From the NCBI GenBank assembly GCA_032718475.1, contig JAUCBJ010000688.1, positions 1 through 64,000 of the forward strand: a stretch of 64,000 bases of DNA. The letters are read 5' to 3'. Numbering within the stretch: the stretch's first letter is position 1; the number at the start of each line of letters is the position of its first letter. This document shows positions 49,712 through 64,000 of this stretch, in pieces. Under the pieces are notes generated by a model that was not told the origin of the DNA, made no database searches, and worked only from the letters and a program-made list of their open reading frames with translations. The position numbers and the translations under genes are program-made. Source of the stretch: Nemertoderma westbladi (taxonomy: Eukaryota > Animalia > Xenacoelomorpha).

Positions 49712-52700
49712 CTGCAAAAAGTAATTCATATACATATATTACAAATAAATAAACATTAAGTAAATAATAATGTTATTTTAAAAGTGAAACTATATATAAC
49801 TTCTGGAACGAATATTAAAATACATAATATATTTTGGATTAAATTCCGTTGACAAATCTACAAATCAACAATAATTGAAGAACTAATCAAACAATATAAT
49901 ATTTTCAGATAATTCACACTCTCCCTACTTGGTAATATAAAACGACTAGAAAACAGGAAAAAATAATTACAAAAATCACAGTATAATATATGGGATGTGC
50001 TGCGGACTCAAGGAGTCAGCAATTTGGGGATGACAGAGTCGACAAGCAATTACAAGATGGCAGGTCTGAAGGGGTTGGAGCTAACCGAAAACCGAGAATC
50101 GTTTGATACAAGAAGCCCCACGTGGGATAGTCGGGAATTTAGTGGAGGCTTGGTTAGAGGGAGAGAAGCCATAAGCAAATACGGAAGGAAAGAAGCCCTT
50201 CTTGGTAAGGACGGATTTTTCCAATCCAATGCAGTAGCTGATAGGGGAAAAAACTAAGGGGCATTTCAACCGTTGAAAATTACTACGTATGGTTACAACA
50301 CTGCCACAAAAGCTAAATAATTAAAAAAGGCTGCCATAGCTACTAATGACGCAATCACTGACTCTAAGATTTACCGGCTAGGGTTTTATTCTTTCAGCGT
50401 ATATAATAAATATAATATTTAACATTATAATATAGAAAATGCCATCAACTTAAACCATACTATTCCAATTATCATCCATCGATTCAGCGCTTGTGGCCAT
50501 AAATGGAAGGGCGGGGGGGGGAGTTGGGTCTCATTAACCTGGCATGTAGATTAGCGACTGGAGGCCATACGGGTGGAGGTAGGGGGAACAGGGGGGTAAT
50601 AATGGTAGGTGGGAGGGAGGGAGGTCAAGGTTATAATATGTCAGTAGAATGCCATGCCTCTGTAGCTACATACATCATACATATATAATATAAAAAGTTG
50701 GAATGAGAAGCTAATTAGGTGGAACAGGAAATCATTTGTGGATTGAGTTGGGGTTGGTAGATAGATAGATGTATAGTTCTAGTTACAGTATGCTATTAGT
50801 GGGTATAGAGATAGACCGGGTACTAATGCAACTCGAACACGAACAAAGTATACATTATTTAATGTGTTCGCAATGTAATTAATAACCCCTAAATGTATGT
50901 ACAAAGTATATCCCTGAATCCTTTAAACCTCTCAACAACTACGTTATTTACCTTATTATTTCTCGCAGCCATAATAAAATCGGGTCCAATAAGCTGTAGA
51001 AATGTAGGTATAACAAAACCCTAAATAGAGATAGCGGTGGAATGGTGACAATGGCAGTGAGACATAACATCAGAGATAGCGTACTCCGAGAACAATGCAG
51101 GCAACCAGAAGCCAAAGACATCCAAGAAACCAATATCCTTATCCTTGAAAGGGTCCCACAGGGCCCCTACCTCAAAACTCATTACTGAGCTAAAGCAAAC
51201 TTATCAGTACTCGAGATAGCCCTTAACAATAACCCAGTAGCATGGCCCCACTGGGAGGGGTGTGACTCACACTCACTCCTTTGGTATACATAGGAAGGAG
51301 GGATGGATAGCCATGGTGGATTACGTAGTTACCCACTTCAGAATGTACCTGATCACACAATGAAAGAGATGCAAAATGACTTATATATTTGACATGCAAA
51401 TCTATGTGTAAAAATTGCAATGCAACTAAAATGTCACTTACGGAGAAAGTGGTACACCTACATACAGTTATTTTAGTTTTGAGGTCGTATAAAATATCGA
51501 CAAATGTTTCCAAAGCAGCGAAACGTGAAACATCATAAATGTTTACTATAAAACGGGTTTTATGACGACGAAAGGAAATTCTATTTGAAATCAACTTGAC
51601 CTCAATATATCATGCAAAACTATCTTGCCTGTATCGGCAGTTGTTATGTGGCTAGTTAACGGCCCTTTTCTTATTATCCATAGTGATAAACAAACTTAGC
51701 AATGTACGCGACACCGACAATATAACAATGCACTCTTGAATAATAATAATGGTAATAAATTTTTTGTGTTGTAAGGCCGCGTATAGTAAAGAGAGATTGA
51801 TGACCATAAAATCCACAACTAGTGTACGAACTTAGCTGTCTGTCTGTCGGTTTGTCTGCCAATCTGTCACACCTTTCATCCAATGTGCTTGCTGTCAGGA
51901 ATGCAGAAACAATATTGTGTTCCGTGTTCGTAATATTTATTATCCCTTGTTTGATTCTGAAATTCGATTATGTTTGTATAGACAAATATACTGTGTGAAC
52001 TAATAATAGATCGATTATTGAATTGGTAACATCTGCTTCAATAGAAATCGGTATTTATAATCTATTTACAATAATGCAGATTATTTCATTATATTTCATC
52101 CCATTATAAAGCAAGCACAGCAGGCGTGGTGTAACATTCCAGACAAACAACAAATAATAAAATCGTTAATTATAAAATTATATCTGATGTAAGAAGTTCA
52201 AAGGAAGAAGTTAATCTTGTATAAATGATAAGGTGTACTGTGGGTATGATGCCGGGTGAGCCACACACAGTGGCATAGTTGCAAAGCTGTGGTTTACGGT
52301 TACAGTTTTGTCTATAACAAACAAATTCACATGATGCTAGTGGCTTCTCCTACCATAGTACTAAAAGGGGGGAGTATATAGCTCTTCACGTTTGCTGTAA
52401 AACATAACTGGCTACTCGTAAGTAACAAATAGATTAAGCTATTTTCTCATAGAGCTGTTCTTTGTTGTTCCCATGCTAAGTAATATGTATTTACAACCTT
52501 TCAACTACATGCAAAAAAAGGCTAACATTAATTGGAAAAGCTACAAAGTGGCACACAAACTGGAGGGCGGCTGGGACCACGCTCTGATCACCAGGGGGGC
52601 TCCAACAAAAACCTGTACCAACGGCTAGGATTCTATGTCCCCATCAAGCAACGTTGCATATTGTGTGCCAACGCTCCACTGCGTCTATAGAGTCGGGAAA

Positions 52701-55700
52701 GGCCGTGTCAGACAATGAGTTGAGGTAGTAGACACGTGTGCGCTGATTACAGAACCATACCGAAGTGACCCAAAATGCAGAGAACACACTCCAGGACATA
52801 TAATCACTGGAGGTTGATTACCTAAGTGATAGCTGTTTACGATAGAAAGAAACGAGCAGTGCAGTTGAGTCAATAGAATATAATTATGCAGTAATCTATA
52901 ATATATATTGCTACTCTTACTATAATTATACTATTATATATATATATATATATACTCACAAACAGACAGTGTAACAATAAGCAAACATGCTAGACAACGT
53001 GATTTCTCATAAGGAAATAGGTAATATAGACTACTGAATTGAACATATCGGACGCGACATGTATATAATACAAATATAAATATTCAAAAATAGAAAACAA
53101 TATACAATGATTTATACACAGGTATTGAATTTCGATAAGGTCCACTAAGTCTTTCATCCCCTGAGATTGTTAAAATAAGGTCCAGATGAATTACTGGAGC
53201 GGGAGGAAAACTTGGTCGGGTCGCCTCCGGCTTCCGCCGACTGTTTGCTTTTGATTTGCCTGAATTTCGATAAAATGATAAAACCATACATATGAAATCC
53301 CATATATTTCTAGGAATTTTGAGAACTAATTTATAATAAACTCTTTTTCATCTCATCGTATTTTACAGATGATGGGTCATAAGAGGACATAAGATAAAAG
53401 TAAACACTACAAGATATTGCTGATTTCACCGGAAGGTGCGGTAATTAAACGTTCACGCAAGTTACAAATTTCCAATACATGCCTCTCCTCTCCGCTCAAA
53501 TGAATATATATTAGAAATACGATCTGTGCGAAAGAACACATCAAAGGTTGATGGGATCCAAGATAGGGTAATAAGATGCCATGCTGTTGATAGGATGCGG
53601 AAATCTAGTAGGCTATATAGTTTGTAAAATAGCAGTAACAAGTACTAATGACTTCATAAAGTAGAATAAGTAAGAGTCATCGCATGTGGAAGGGAATCTT
53701 TTGATGGGCGGAGACAAAAGGCCACATCCTCTGTGATTCATCATATACTACACTCTTACACTAACGAAGGGCCGTGTGTACAACGCTGATAGTAGCTAGG
53801 CTGCCTTCTTATTAACAATAGACATTCAGCATTTTAATCACAGCGGGACAGTGTACACATTGATTGTGATGGGCCGGGCCCCATATGGGGAGGCATCCTG
53901 TGAGCTCGAACGGAAATATTTTAATGTGCTAAGTAGGCATTCAGTTACATGAGCACAGAACCGAGCACCAAACGGAAGGCGGGGCAGGACGGGTGCCCTG
54001 CCCACGGTTCGGATACCTAAATGCATGAAGGCCAATTTTTATAATGACACCGAATATTTGTGATAGAAGATCGCGCTGTTTCATCATATAAAGGGGGAAT
54101 TAGTTGTTCCGCAATATAACTTGGATATAATAATAACCATTGATCGCTACAATTGTAACAATTCTGCTTAGTTTTCAATATGCTGTGAATGTTTCCAACG
54201 CTCAAATCGATGGGTATATTATATAATTATTACAAAACATTATAAGAGCTTTATGCTACATTATAGCATAAAAAAAATATTTTTTTTGTTTTTTTATTGT
54301 GGAATTCATGTATGCCTTGGAATGTCACACCTTTGCAGTGTTGTTTGTATGAGGCTCTAACCTAACAGTGGATATGAAAGCCTTGTATGTCGTCCGTCTT
54401 GCCTACGCGATCTACAAGATAATATAATGCTACGTAACTTGACTTCTGGTTGGGACCCCCCATCCCTGAATGATGGGGGAAGGTCGACATTACAGCCCAT
54501 ATGCCAGTCCACGCACTTGAAAATATATTGACCATCACTAAGTGCGTCCTTAAGTTTACTCATTCACACATGAGTAGTTTTTCAAGAGATTCACAGTGGT
54601 TTTTAAACTCAATATAACTTTACGCCGCGTATAAATAATAAATTAATCGGAGCATATGTACTGAATATGATAACACATACCTACTCTGGTACAGGGGGTG
54701 TTGTGCATTTGCTACTGTATGAACAATCACTATAGTATAGAGTGGGTGATGCAGGCAACATCTCATAAAAAGTAAATGTGACACTTAGGAGGTGTAATGG
54801 AGTGTGTGGCGGTAGGGCTATTGTGTATTCAATAAACGGAACTATGATTTACTGTAGCACGTAAATAAAATGCTGTTCATATCTAATGGTAATCTATGCC
54901 ATTATGCAATGCCTCTATGGGATTGCGGGAATTCGAAAAATTTACTACACATTTTGCGCTTTGATTGCATAACATTTCTATGCGACAATTGACGACCTAT
55001 ACCGTTTTAAAATCGCAACCATTTATATATACATGGAGTCACGACAAATACCAGAAGAAGCCATGCAAAACGTGACAGCAAGATAACTAATTATCCTTGA
55101 GCAATCTTAGAGAAGATTACTCATGATGCATCTTGAGTAATAATGCAATGGCGTCCTACATGATATATAAGGGACTCGCTTGTTCATTCGTTAAAAAGAA
55201 GCGGCTCAAAATCTCATGTGATGGAATTAATCCATGATCGAAACAGACAAGCGAATAATTAACACAAATCCACAAACATCGGCCATTTTAGAAGTACTCT
55301 CTGGATCGGTAGCACAATTGATTGCACCAGCCAATGTGAATTACGCTATAGGTTTGCATTTCTAGGTTGCCGTAAAATTTCTCAATTTGATTTCCATGCA
55401 TATAGTGTGTTGAAGGACTCAGTAAATTCTTACAAACCTTTGTTTAATAATAACCAAATTCATAAACACTAAAACTGGAGATATCAAGAATGCTGCATTA
55501 TCATATTATATAGTTATACTACTTATATTGCATTATACTTGATGAAACATAAATACAATACAAATTACCAATTCATTGCGCTAATGTTTCAACTTCGATA
55601 TTGAATTACCATTAGAAGCTGAAAACGTGTGTACGCCGCGTTTAATGAAAAATTTCATGAGAGTGCCCAAGGCTGCGCGCGGGAAGTGATCCAGCCAATG

Positions 55701-56960
55701 CAACTAACACCGTTACCAATCGAGTTATAGGAAATAAATGAGATAAGACGTGTTTATCCCTAGCAGCCATCTCCAAAGCATGAAACCGGTAACACAATTT
55801 GTCCTTTTAAGAAGAGATAAAATTTATCTCAAACCAACAGTATAATGACATAAACCATACCCTCAATTTGCTGTTGTTGCTCGGATTCAGTGATTGGTGT
55901 TCTTGAGCTCTCTCTACCTGCCTGCCTGGCTGCATGCCGCATGCCGCATACCGTAAGAGTTTAGCTCACTGTGGTTGTATTTTGAATTTAAACTACAAAG
56001 AGTTTTTATCATTAGCATGGCTCAACCCGAGATAATGCAGATAGGGAGTGGGTTGCTGCTTACTGGAAGTTGAGTCAACGGCTCCAGATAGTCTGACGCG
56101 CAGCTCCGGCTGCACGCCTGGACAATAGGCAAAGCAACGCAACCTCGCCTTAATAACATTGTCCTTCAAGCATAGTCATCGGGAAACAGGGAATAATGAG
56201 GCGTCTTAATGTCTTACTGAATCAACAAAACAACAATTAATTAAATTATACTGCCTTAGTAAAAAAGTTTATGGATTATGGCTAACCCAAAATATTTAAT
56301 CTTCGTTTTATCAACACAGAAATGAATTTTACAGGTGTGCCACTCCATCTATACGATTGCACACTCACTCATCCATCTCCATCATAGCTTGATAGGTTGA
56401 AAAAATGTGTTTAATTTTGGATGCAAGCAGATAGATAGATGCCGATATTCAGAAATAAGAAACCACTTCCTCATTAATATGCCAATGGAATAGCCCTGGA
56501 AACCATAAAAAGAAAGATAATTAAGACGGGTTGATGAGAAGATGGGTATCATGAATCCGAGTCAGCCTTCTCTGAATTCGCTTTAATTTAATATTTAGGA
56601 GCTAGATAGAGCCAGAGGGGATGAGGATGAAATATAATATGGATAAAGGAGTTGTTAGAAATCACTGGGTTACTTGCATCACTGCCAGGACCATGTGAAA
56701 TTAGTAAATCGGGATATATTATAAATGATTAAATGCATGATACAGCTCTTAGCATGATAAATACAAGATTGTCACTGTAAAGATAAACCAGAATTACATT
56801 TATAAAAGGGCTAAGTCTACCCAAAACAATAGACGCATTCGAACTGCAAAATTTATTGGAGTATATATCTTTTAGGTATATTAAGCACTGGAATGCATCT
56901 TCAGTTCGCCGCCATGAGAGGTGATCTTCTGCATTAATGAGGTTATTCATATCTCTATTA

Positions 56961-57130
56961 TAGCTGGGAGATCCTGGGTTCGATCTCGATCAGGTAGAAT
57001 TACAGAACTGGGGCGCCAACCCATCGATATAGGAACTTCGCTATCGGTGCTGAGCGAGTTTGTCAATCTCGGGAGTTAACAATGCGAGTAAACAAAGTAT
57101 TTGCCACGAGAGGATCCTTTCTATGTTCCC
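56961..57130 (+). mobile_element. possible SINE fragment
   Basis: B-box-like GGAGATCCTGGGTTCGATCTC at ~56967-56987, with no convincing A box or cloverleaf. Confidence 0.25.
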
Positions 57131-57303
57131 TCCTGTGTTCGTGTATCATGTTAACTTTTACTAAGTATTAATTAGTGTTTCCTTAGTTACCATGGTGGTT
57201 GTTCCCAGTTGGGTTGTGGAATTCAAAGCTGCTCCGTAGAGACCCAACTCCAACGTGGTGTTCCCTGAATAGAAGCCCGAATATCATCACATAACCAAGC
57301 AAT

Positions 57304-59063
57304 GGTAGACGGACAGTATGTATGTTCCCGGACCGTATGCTCCCGGACTTTATGTTCCCATTTTTCTTTCCTTAGGCATTAAATGGACTTTATGATCCCA
57401 AAACGGGGGAGTGAGTACAAAACAAAGACCCAAGACCCTCTGTACAAAACAAAGAGTAAAGTCGCGTTAGGTCCCATTGCCATTTAAAAGAACAGGTTAG
57501 TAAAGGAGCAGGTTACAGAGGCGTGTTGGGGGAACCAAAACAATAAACGAAAGTGAGTTAACACATGGGTTTTGTACAGGTTTGAGTCTTTGGTCTTTGT
57601 TTGTACTCACTCACCCCATCAAAACAAACGTTGTGTTCCCGCGTTACTGGTTTAGGTAAATGAGTATTTAAAAGGTCATTACAACAACTCCATTGAACAC
57701 AAAAGCGTTTCCATTCCACATAGCATAATCAGCTGTATGTAATATTGCCAATTTAATTAAAACTACTGAAGATTTATTATCTAAATTAAATTTAATAAAC
57801 GAGGTCAAACATGAATTAACTAAAACAGTTGAAAATTCTACAACAGTTGTTAAATCTAACCCACTTGTCATCTCTTGCACAAAGAGTTATACCGCGGAAG
57901 TGCAAACTTTTCGTCATGATATCAATGATGTTACGTGGTGTTCGTTCGAAACAGATTCCATTGGAACCCTAATATGTTGCGAATGTGTTTCTAGTGCGAT
58001 AGCGGTGGGACAGTGGCCCTCACCTTCAATCAGATGAGCGTATTGTCTGTCGTCTTTTGAACTCCCGAGGCAATTTAGTACTTTTTTTTGTTTCTTTCAT
58101 TTGTCAGTGTGTATATCGTTGGGTGACGGATAATGGTTGTACTTCACTATAAATTATCTGCTGAATATCGTCTTCTCACAATGAAGTTGCTATAGCACTG
58201 GCGTTCTTACCTCATAGCTCTGTTGTGGAAGGCCACCCCATCTGAGTGCACAGACATTGTCACATATTTCGACGCGACTTATGTAACTGGGCGTCGCCAC
58301 ATTAAGCCAGTTTCGAAAAACTCACCTGTGTCGCGTCCTTCATTTCCTCTTCTGCTCCGCGTTACGCCCAACTTAGATCGAATTGGATTGTCCACAACGC
58401 TGTCCTTGAAAGGCGTGAAAAAAACAATAATGCTTGCGAACACATCAACCGCGACATGTCAACATCATTATGGCGCAAACATGGCTCAGTCTGGCCTGGC
58501 AGCTGATAGACGTTATGAAGGCTAAAGATGCCGACGTTATCGCTCAACTAACTCAGGCTGCAGTGGGACAATTAAATCAATCCCGTGCGACCCAATCTTG
58601 ACTCGTGTGGTTTGTATGAACGCCTGTATAACTTGAACAAATCTATTTCAAATGATGAGATTACCAGTTGATCAACTTATCGAAGACTTTACTTCGAACC
58701 TCAACGATTTCCTGCAGCGCAAATTCAATGTTCTTTCAGATACCGATGTTGAAGAACACCTGGACTGCGATGGTTTCCAGTAAATTATAATCTTTTCTAA
58801 TATCTTATTTTATTATATTGTACGGTGTTTTATATACTATATATAGGCATTATTCGAGAAACAAATACGAATTGATATGTATTATTAATTATGTTGTTCA
58901 GTTGTTGCTAGTAAATTCTTAACATCACGTTTTACTTAATTCATGTTGCATTGCAATATATTTATATTTTTAGTATTTTTTGGGAACATATTGTACGGGA
59001 ACATAATGTAGGGGAACATAACGGCCGGGAACATAACGGCCGGGAACATACTGTCCTGTTGGA
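57304..59063 (+). mobile_element. decayed MULE (Mutator-like) DNA transposon
   Basis: Inverted ends GGACAGTATG(TATG)TTCCCGG at 57311 and CCGGGAACATACTGTCC ending 59056, with subterminal GGGAACATA repeats. Flanking 8-bp direct repeat CAAGCAAT (57296-57303, 59064-59071). Internal transposase remnants DIVTYFDATYVTG (~58253-58291) and NWIVHNAVLERREKNNNACE (58381-58440). Confidence 0.75.
57405..57617. mobile_element. ~213-bp MITE nested in the left subterminal region of the MULE-like element
   Basis: Inverted ends GGGG(T)GAGTGAGTACAAAACAAAGACC(C/A)AAGAC...CTGTACAAAAC at both sides. Confidence 0.75.
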
Positions 59064-62000
59064 CAAGCAATCTATAGTGACTAGGAAACATAATGGACTA
59101 ACGATTTTCTTTAGATGTTTTTTTAGGCAAACGAATGGAATGGCCTAATTAAATAGACTTAACAGGGAATGTGTGAAATGAAAGGCAAAGAAATCAAAAG
59201 TGAAAATTTGGAGGGAACAACAATAATATCGTGATTGACGGAGAAGGGACATCAGCGATGGTATTACGAAATAAACTCAAACGTTCACGCCCTAAATCCA
59301 AGGCTAAATCCCTGGAAAACTTAATCAAATGACAGGAAGAAGGGAGCCAGTCTGTCTGGCGCGAGCTCTCAAAATTTAATCCAAACTAGCCCTTGAGCAA
59401 TTCGTCAATGCCTAGCGGTACAACACGGCTCCGTTTTGTATGGGCTTGGCTGGTAAAGGCCGTGTATTTACACTGGGGCTGTATTATTCAGAGGGCCCCT
59501 CTACACGAGCAAGGTCGATTATCGACTACCGTGTGAAGGCATAATGTATTCCGTGAATAATACCAGTACCGGTACCAATAGCAGACTGACTGGCGTCAAC
59601 CGGTCAGTCCAATGGGACCTAAACAGCGACAATGTACATACACTTGAGTCAATCAAACAGCCTTGAGCACAAGAGAGTAACAATCTAACCCACTTCATCT
59701 GAGAACTAGCCCTACCAGTTCCCTACCGATATGTTATTTTATTAATCTACAAAGGAACACAATAATAGCCCCAGGGCCGAGATAAAAAGAATTGATCAAC
59801 ACGGACAGAATCTTCCTAAAAAGTTGCCTCGCATCGCCCCTTAAAACAAATCATTACTCATCTCGTGGCAAATAAACATTAAACATATTATGGCCATTGA
59901 ACTTTCGGAATTATATAGTTATATTTTACAATTTAAAGCTAAAAATATAAAGGCTTAATGAAATGAAACCAAAACAATAAACGAATTTACAAATGTTCAC
60001 ATTGCAGAAACGAACATCACACTACGACTGAGAACTATAACCGAGCATAAATACGCGAGCACGGCACGATGAGACGTCTTGATAATCCCGAAGATAAACT
60101 ATATTTGAATATGTTAGGATGGTAGTAGTGCTGTAATGAAAATACAGTTCAGATAAAGGTTACGTGAAAATAATCAGTCCAAAGGGAGTATTTCAGGCAA
60201 AAAGATCGTATTATACTGCGAATTCCCTTAATAATTTTACTGCTTTGTTTGAATGTCTCAAGGAGTCGGCCTTTATAGTATAATGGATTTAATGCAATCA
60301 GAGTTATAATATTCTAAATTTTGAAAATAAATTAATCCCCACCCTTGGAATTATAAATTCCATTGGCATTGGATGCGTGTGTGGCGTAGTATAACATTAA
60401 CTGGAAGTCGCTAGAATAAGATAAACAGGCGATCTCTGTGGCAATGGAAATGGTGGGTTGCGTGATATATATACAATACTCACATAGGAGATACACAATA
60501 ATATAAAGCGATGGGAAATTAACAGTAACATAAACCAAGGAAGAATAGATCGAATCATTAAAGTACGCCCTCCTATCCTTCAAGATGAAGATGTTATGAT
60601 GGGGAATAGTTTTTCACTTACGGCTACGGCTGTGCGCCAAATTACTCTCTTAAATCACAACACATCCCTGTTAGTAAAATGGAGGATTCCCAATTATACT
60701 CACTCGTGTTAGCTGTCCAAGTAATAATTGAAATCAGTATTTATGATAATTTCTAAAATGAAAATCCTAAATTAACTTTAGATAAATAAACTGTATACCG
60801 CGGTATCAAACATACTTCATATACCCTCAGTTGTGTACCAGGATGTGGACACAAACATAACTGTAATGTGAGGAATTCAAACTTTCGATTTTTCATCCAC
60901 AAATGTCTGGCAATTACTGAGCCCAAAAAGGAATATTAGACAATATATTTCTTGCATCTGCTGTTCCTTTAGGGGCACCGCATAGGAAATAAACCAAATA
61001 TAATATTCAGTAGACGTACTATTTATTATAAACATATGTGCACAGTGTTGTGCTAAGTAAGTGCAACCATTTATTGTAACTAAATTTTACTGTACTACGG
61101 TGAGAGCAAATTAAGCTTGCATTGTCGTATGGTCTGTCTGGTCAGTGGTCGTCACCTTAGACAATAAATTCGACATTCGGAAGGAAGACAAAATAAAAAC
61201 ATAGAACAAACAAAGATGATTGCACCTAATCATAATGCATGAAGAATAATTATCATTATACTATGTTCATGAGTAAGATTAGATGAAATGTATTGGATAC
61301 AATTCATCAGGTTCTTCCATTACCAATGCAAGAATAATTACTGGGAAACAGCGGGAGGAAGGGTTTATTTGTGGGATCTTATATTCAATAACAATGCAAC
61401 TTCCTTATGTGCACGGCTGCTATGCTGCCGGCTACAAACCATCAAATATAACGAAGTAATTGGCGGATGCGAACGGGGATGAACTGGACTACTCCGCCTC
61501 GGAGATGATGATGGATTCATCCCCCATCGGACACAAGGGTACACGACGCATAACCATCAAAACATTAATTAAACCAGGCAATATGTTTTTCCCGCCCTGC
61601 GGTTTGTAAGCAAGGAGGGAGGATTTAATAGATGGCGTGTGCAGAAATTAAGTCGGATACACGGTTGTCAACCGTATACATGTCAGCGGCTTCCGCTGAA
61701 TAGAGAATTACAGATTAATGAGATATTACAAAATCTCATACAAACACAATTTCAATTATCATTAGTAAAAATCTCGCAGCAGGCTCTGCACAGAGGGAGT
61801 TGTGCTATTTTGGGCGTATCCATGACTGATATATATGTCGGACGTGCGGATGTGTGACGAGCCACTGTATCGGCAAGTGCCGGTGACTATGAATTTTCGT
61901 AAAACCATGACCTGATGTAAGGCGCAAAAGAGAGATGCATCAGAAGATACTAAAACGTATGGTCATTATTGTTTAATCTTTGTAGCTCTTTGTACAGTCT

Positions 62001-64000
62001 GGAAATGGCTTTGTATCTATCTATAATAGTTCTTAACAGTCACCGTGTATCGGTTGCTTGCAATGCAATTGTGACCAATCCCAAGTATTATAATTAATAA
62101 AGAACAAATAACCCCATGTGGATCGTTTTGTTAGTGATAAATATTAACACGTGCTTGTTATTGTTATAGGGTTACTAATTTCTTAGTAATCTGTGCGCTG
62201 TAAGCAACTAAATATGACAACGTGACTATCTCTGGAAAGCAAATCGTCTGTATGCGAAGGGTATATAGGGGATGTACGTAGAAACCGTGATTTACATCAG
62301 ATTAAACGCGACGAAATGCCGAGAACAACGTGGAACTAACTCCACGGGATATTATCTTAATCCTACGACACGCCAATTAAACGGCAACCCACTGGAGATG
62401 TGTCCCGTTCCTAAACCAACAGGAATAAAACTCATCGATAAATCTTCAAAAGTCCCAGGGTTATCAACCGAGTCCTTCTATAACCGAAAGGCAGCTGGAA
62501 AAGTCAAACCTATATAGATAACAGCTGGTTGATTTTATCTATCATCAGGACACCGGACCTTTAGCAGGTAAAGTTTGGAGATTGTACTGTCATTCCCTTC
62601 ATAGCAGCAGTGAGGCAATTCCACTAAAGATAAGGTTCATTCGTTGAGTTGGAAAGAAAGAGTACAATCCCAGTAGTCAATTAAAGGAAGCCAGTCCATT
62701 TAATCTGAGAACTAAACTGTCTAATCCCAATTATCCCAGGCCACAGAGCACAGAGGGGTTCAGTCAATTTTAGTATTTAACGAGAGTTAATATAGATGCG
62801 AAATCCAATAATATTTAGCCAATAAGCGAACAATCAGGTTGGAATATAATATAAAACACGGGACAAAGAAAGCTTTTTGTTTGGAATCAGCGGGCGGCTT
62901 GGGAAAAATCAAAGGAACATTTCAATTGAATGGACTATAGCGGTCAGGCTATGCACAGAAGGAAAAACTCAATCAACCGAACGTCAGCAGATAGGATATG
63001 ATACAGGGAGGGCAGCAGCGGGCCACCAACATAATATAACGTAACAGCCTTTGATGGACAAAGGATTAATGACAGCCAATATATTGGGACACAAGCACAA
63101 TAATAAAAGACCCCGGGTGTATTATACACAAGATTGTATTATATAGAAGTCATCATAATTATTATTTATGACCATTAGCGTTATGGCACAGCTGCCATTT
63201 ATATACAACACAACACATTGCCCCATAGCAGTGACCGCATGTAATGTAAGTGAGATGTGATGTGATTATACTACAGCCGTTCTATAACGCTATGTTCGTG
63301 TGCATGTGTATCGCAGTATTGCACACATACGAACTCAAGAATCAACATTATTCACGAATCTATATTAAAATCTCTATCCATAAAACATATTTCAGGAAAA
63401 TATATTCAAATAAGAAACCAAATTTAGCAATTTGACTTGCGATATAAGTTCATATCGTAAATTCTAATGCTAGTTAAGTAGGTAAATTTATCTGTACGTG
63501 TGTAATATATTGATTTATGATATGTAAAGAAGCGAATATGATGCGAGGCAGTATAAGCTTAACACTGTAGTATAGGAATAAGGCTCTTGTACAAACATAT
63601 TAATGTGCCGCCATAAGTAACACCAGCTAAGGATCGGCGCCGGTAAAAATAATAATTCATAGGGTGGTTTCTCTAAGTGGATATTGTTTGAATCCATTAA
63701 AGTATGAAATTACGCCGCACACGCTGAAACGTAACCTTGTATATACATGTACAGTGTAAGAGTACCAAGTACATTGAGAGATAGGTAGGGCCAGGGGTTA
63801 GGTGTTGTGTTGCGAATGTAAGTTAGTATGTACAAATGCAACTGGAGTTCAGTTTCTGAGTGAGTGAGGTCATAGTAAGTTGAAACTTTCGTATATAAAG
63901 TATCTAAAAAGGATGTCATTCAAAAATCACAATGGCACAAACAAGCCTATAATTTATCGCGTTAACATTATTTTTTAATTTTACTTAATTATTAAGAAAC

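Noticed and set aside
50948-51133. Hydrophobic short ORF as the UNC5 signal-peptide exon
   Set aside because: The nearby donor (AG|GTAAAT at ~50951) falls in phase 2 for this frame, while the next exon needs phase 1. No homology support; the first exon is left unassigned.
59100-64000. Short ORFs in the distal region
   Set aside because: No recognisable domains or consistent splice structure; treated as intron or intergenic DNA.

Overview
AT-rich animal (invertebrate-like) genomic DNA with spliceosomal introns. From left to right: the 5' part of an antisense LTR retrotransposon (gag-like coiled-coil ORF running off the left edge, ~1 kb LTR ending at 5040) inside an intron of mitochondrial aconitase (ACO2); the last two ACO2 exons (5097-5221, 24046-24501); an intronless PDI-family gene (-); an intronless C-factor-like SDR (+); two inverted RTE-like LINE fragments; a G-rich minisatellite; 13 coding exons of an UNC5 netrin receptor (-; first exon not found); and a decayed MULE-like transposon with a nested MITE. 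The standout is the last ACO2 intron: about 17.1 of its 18.8 kb is a ~475-copy array of a 36-bp unit made of the last 28 nt of the exon plus the first 8 nt of the intron. Nearly every copy is an intact AAG|GTTAGT splice donor, and the first 265 are in frame with no stop. The acceptor of the same exon is also tandemly duplicated. Coordinates and copy numbers were read by eye, and family assignments rest on recalled motifs, not database searches.
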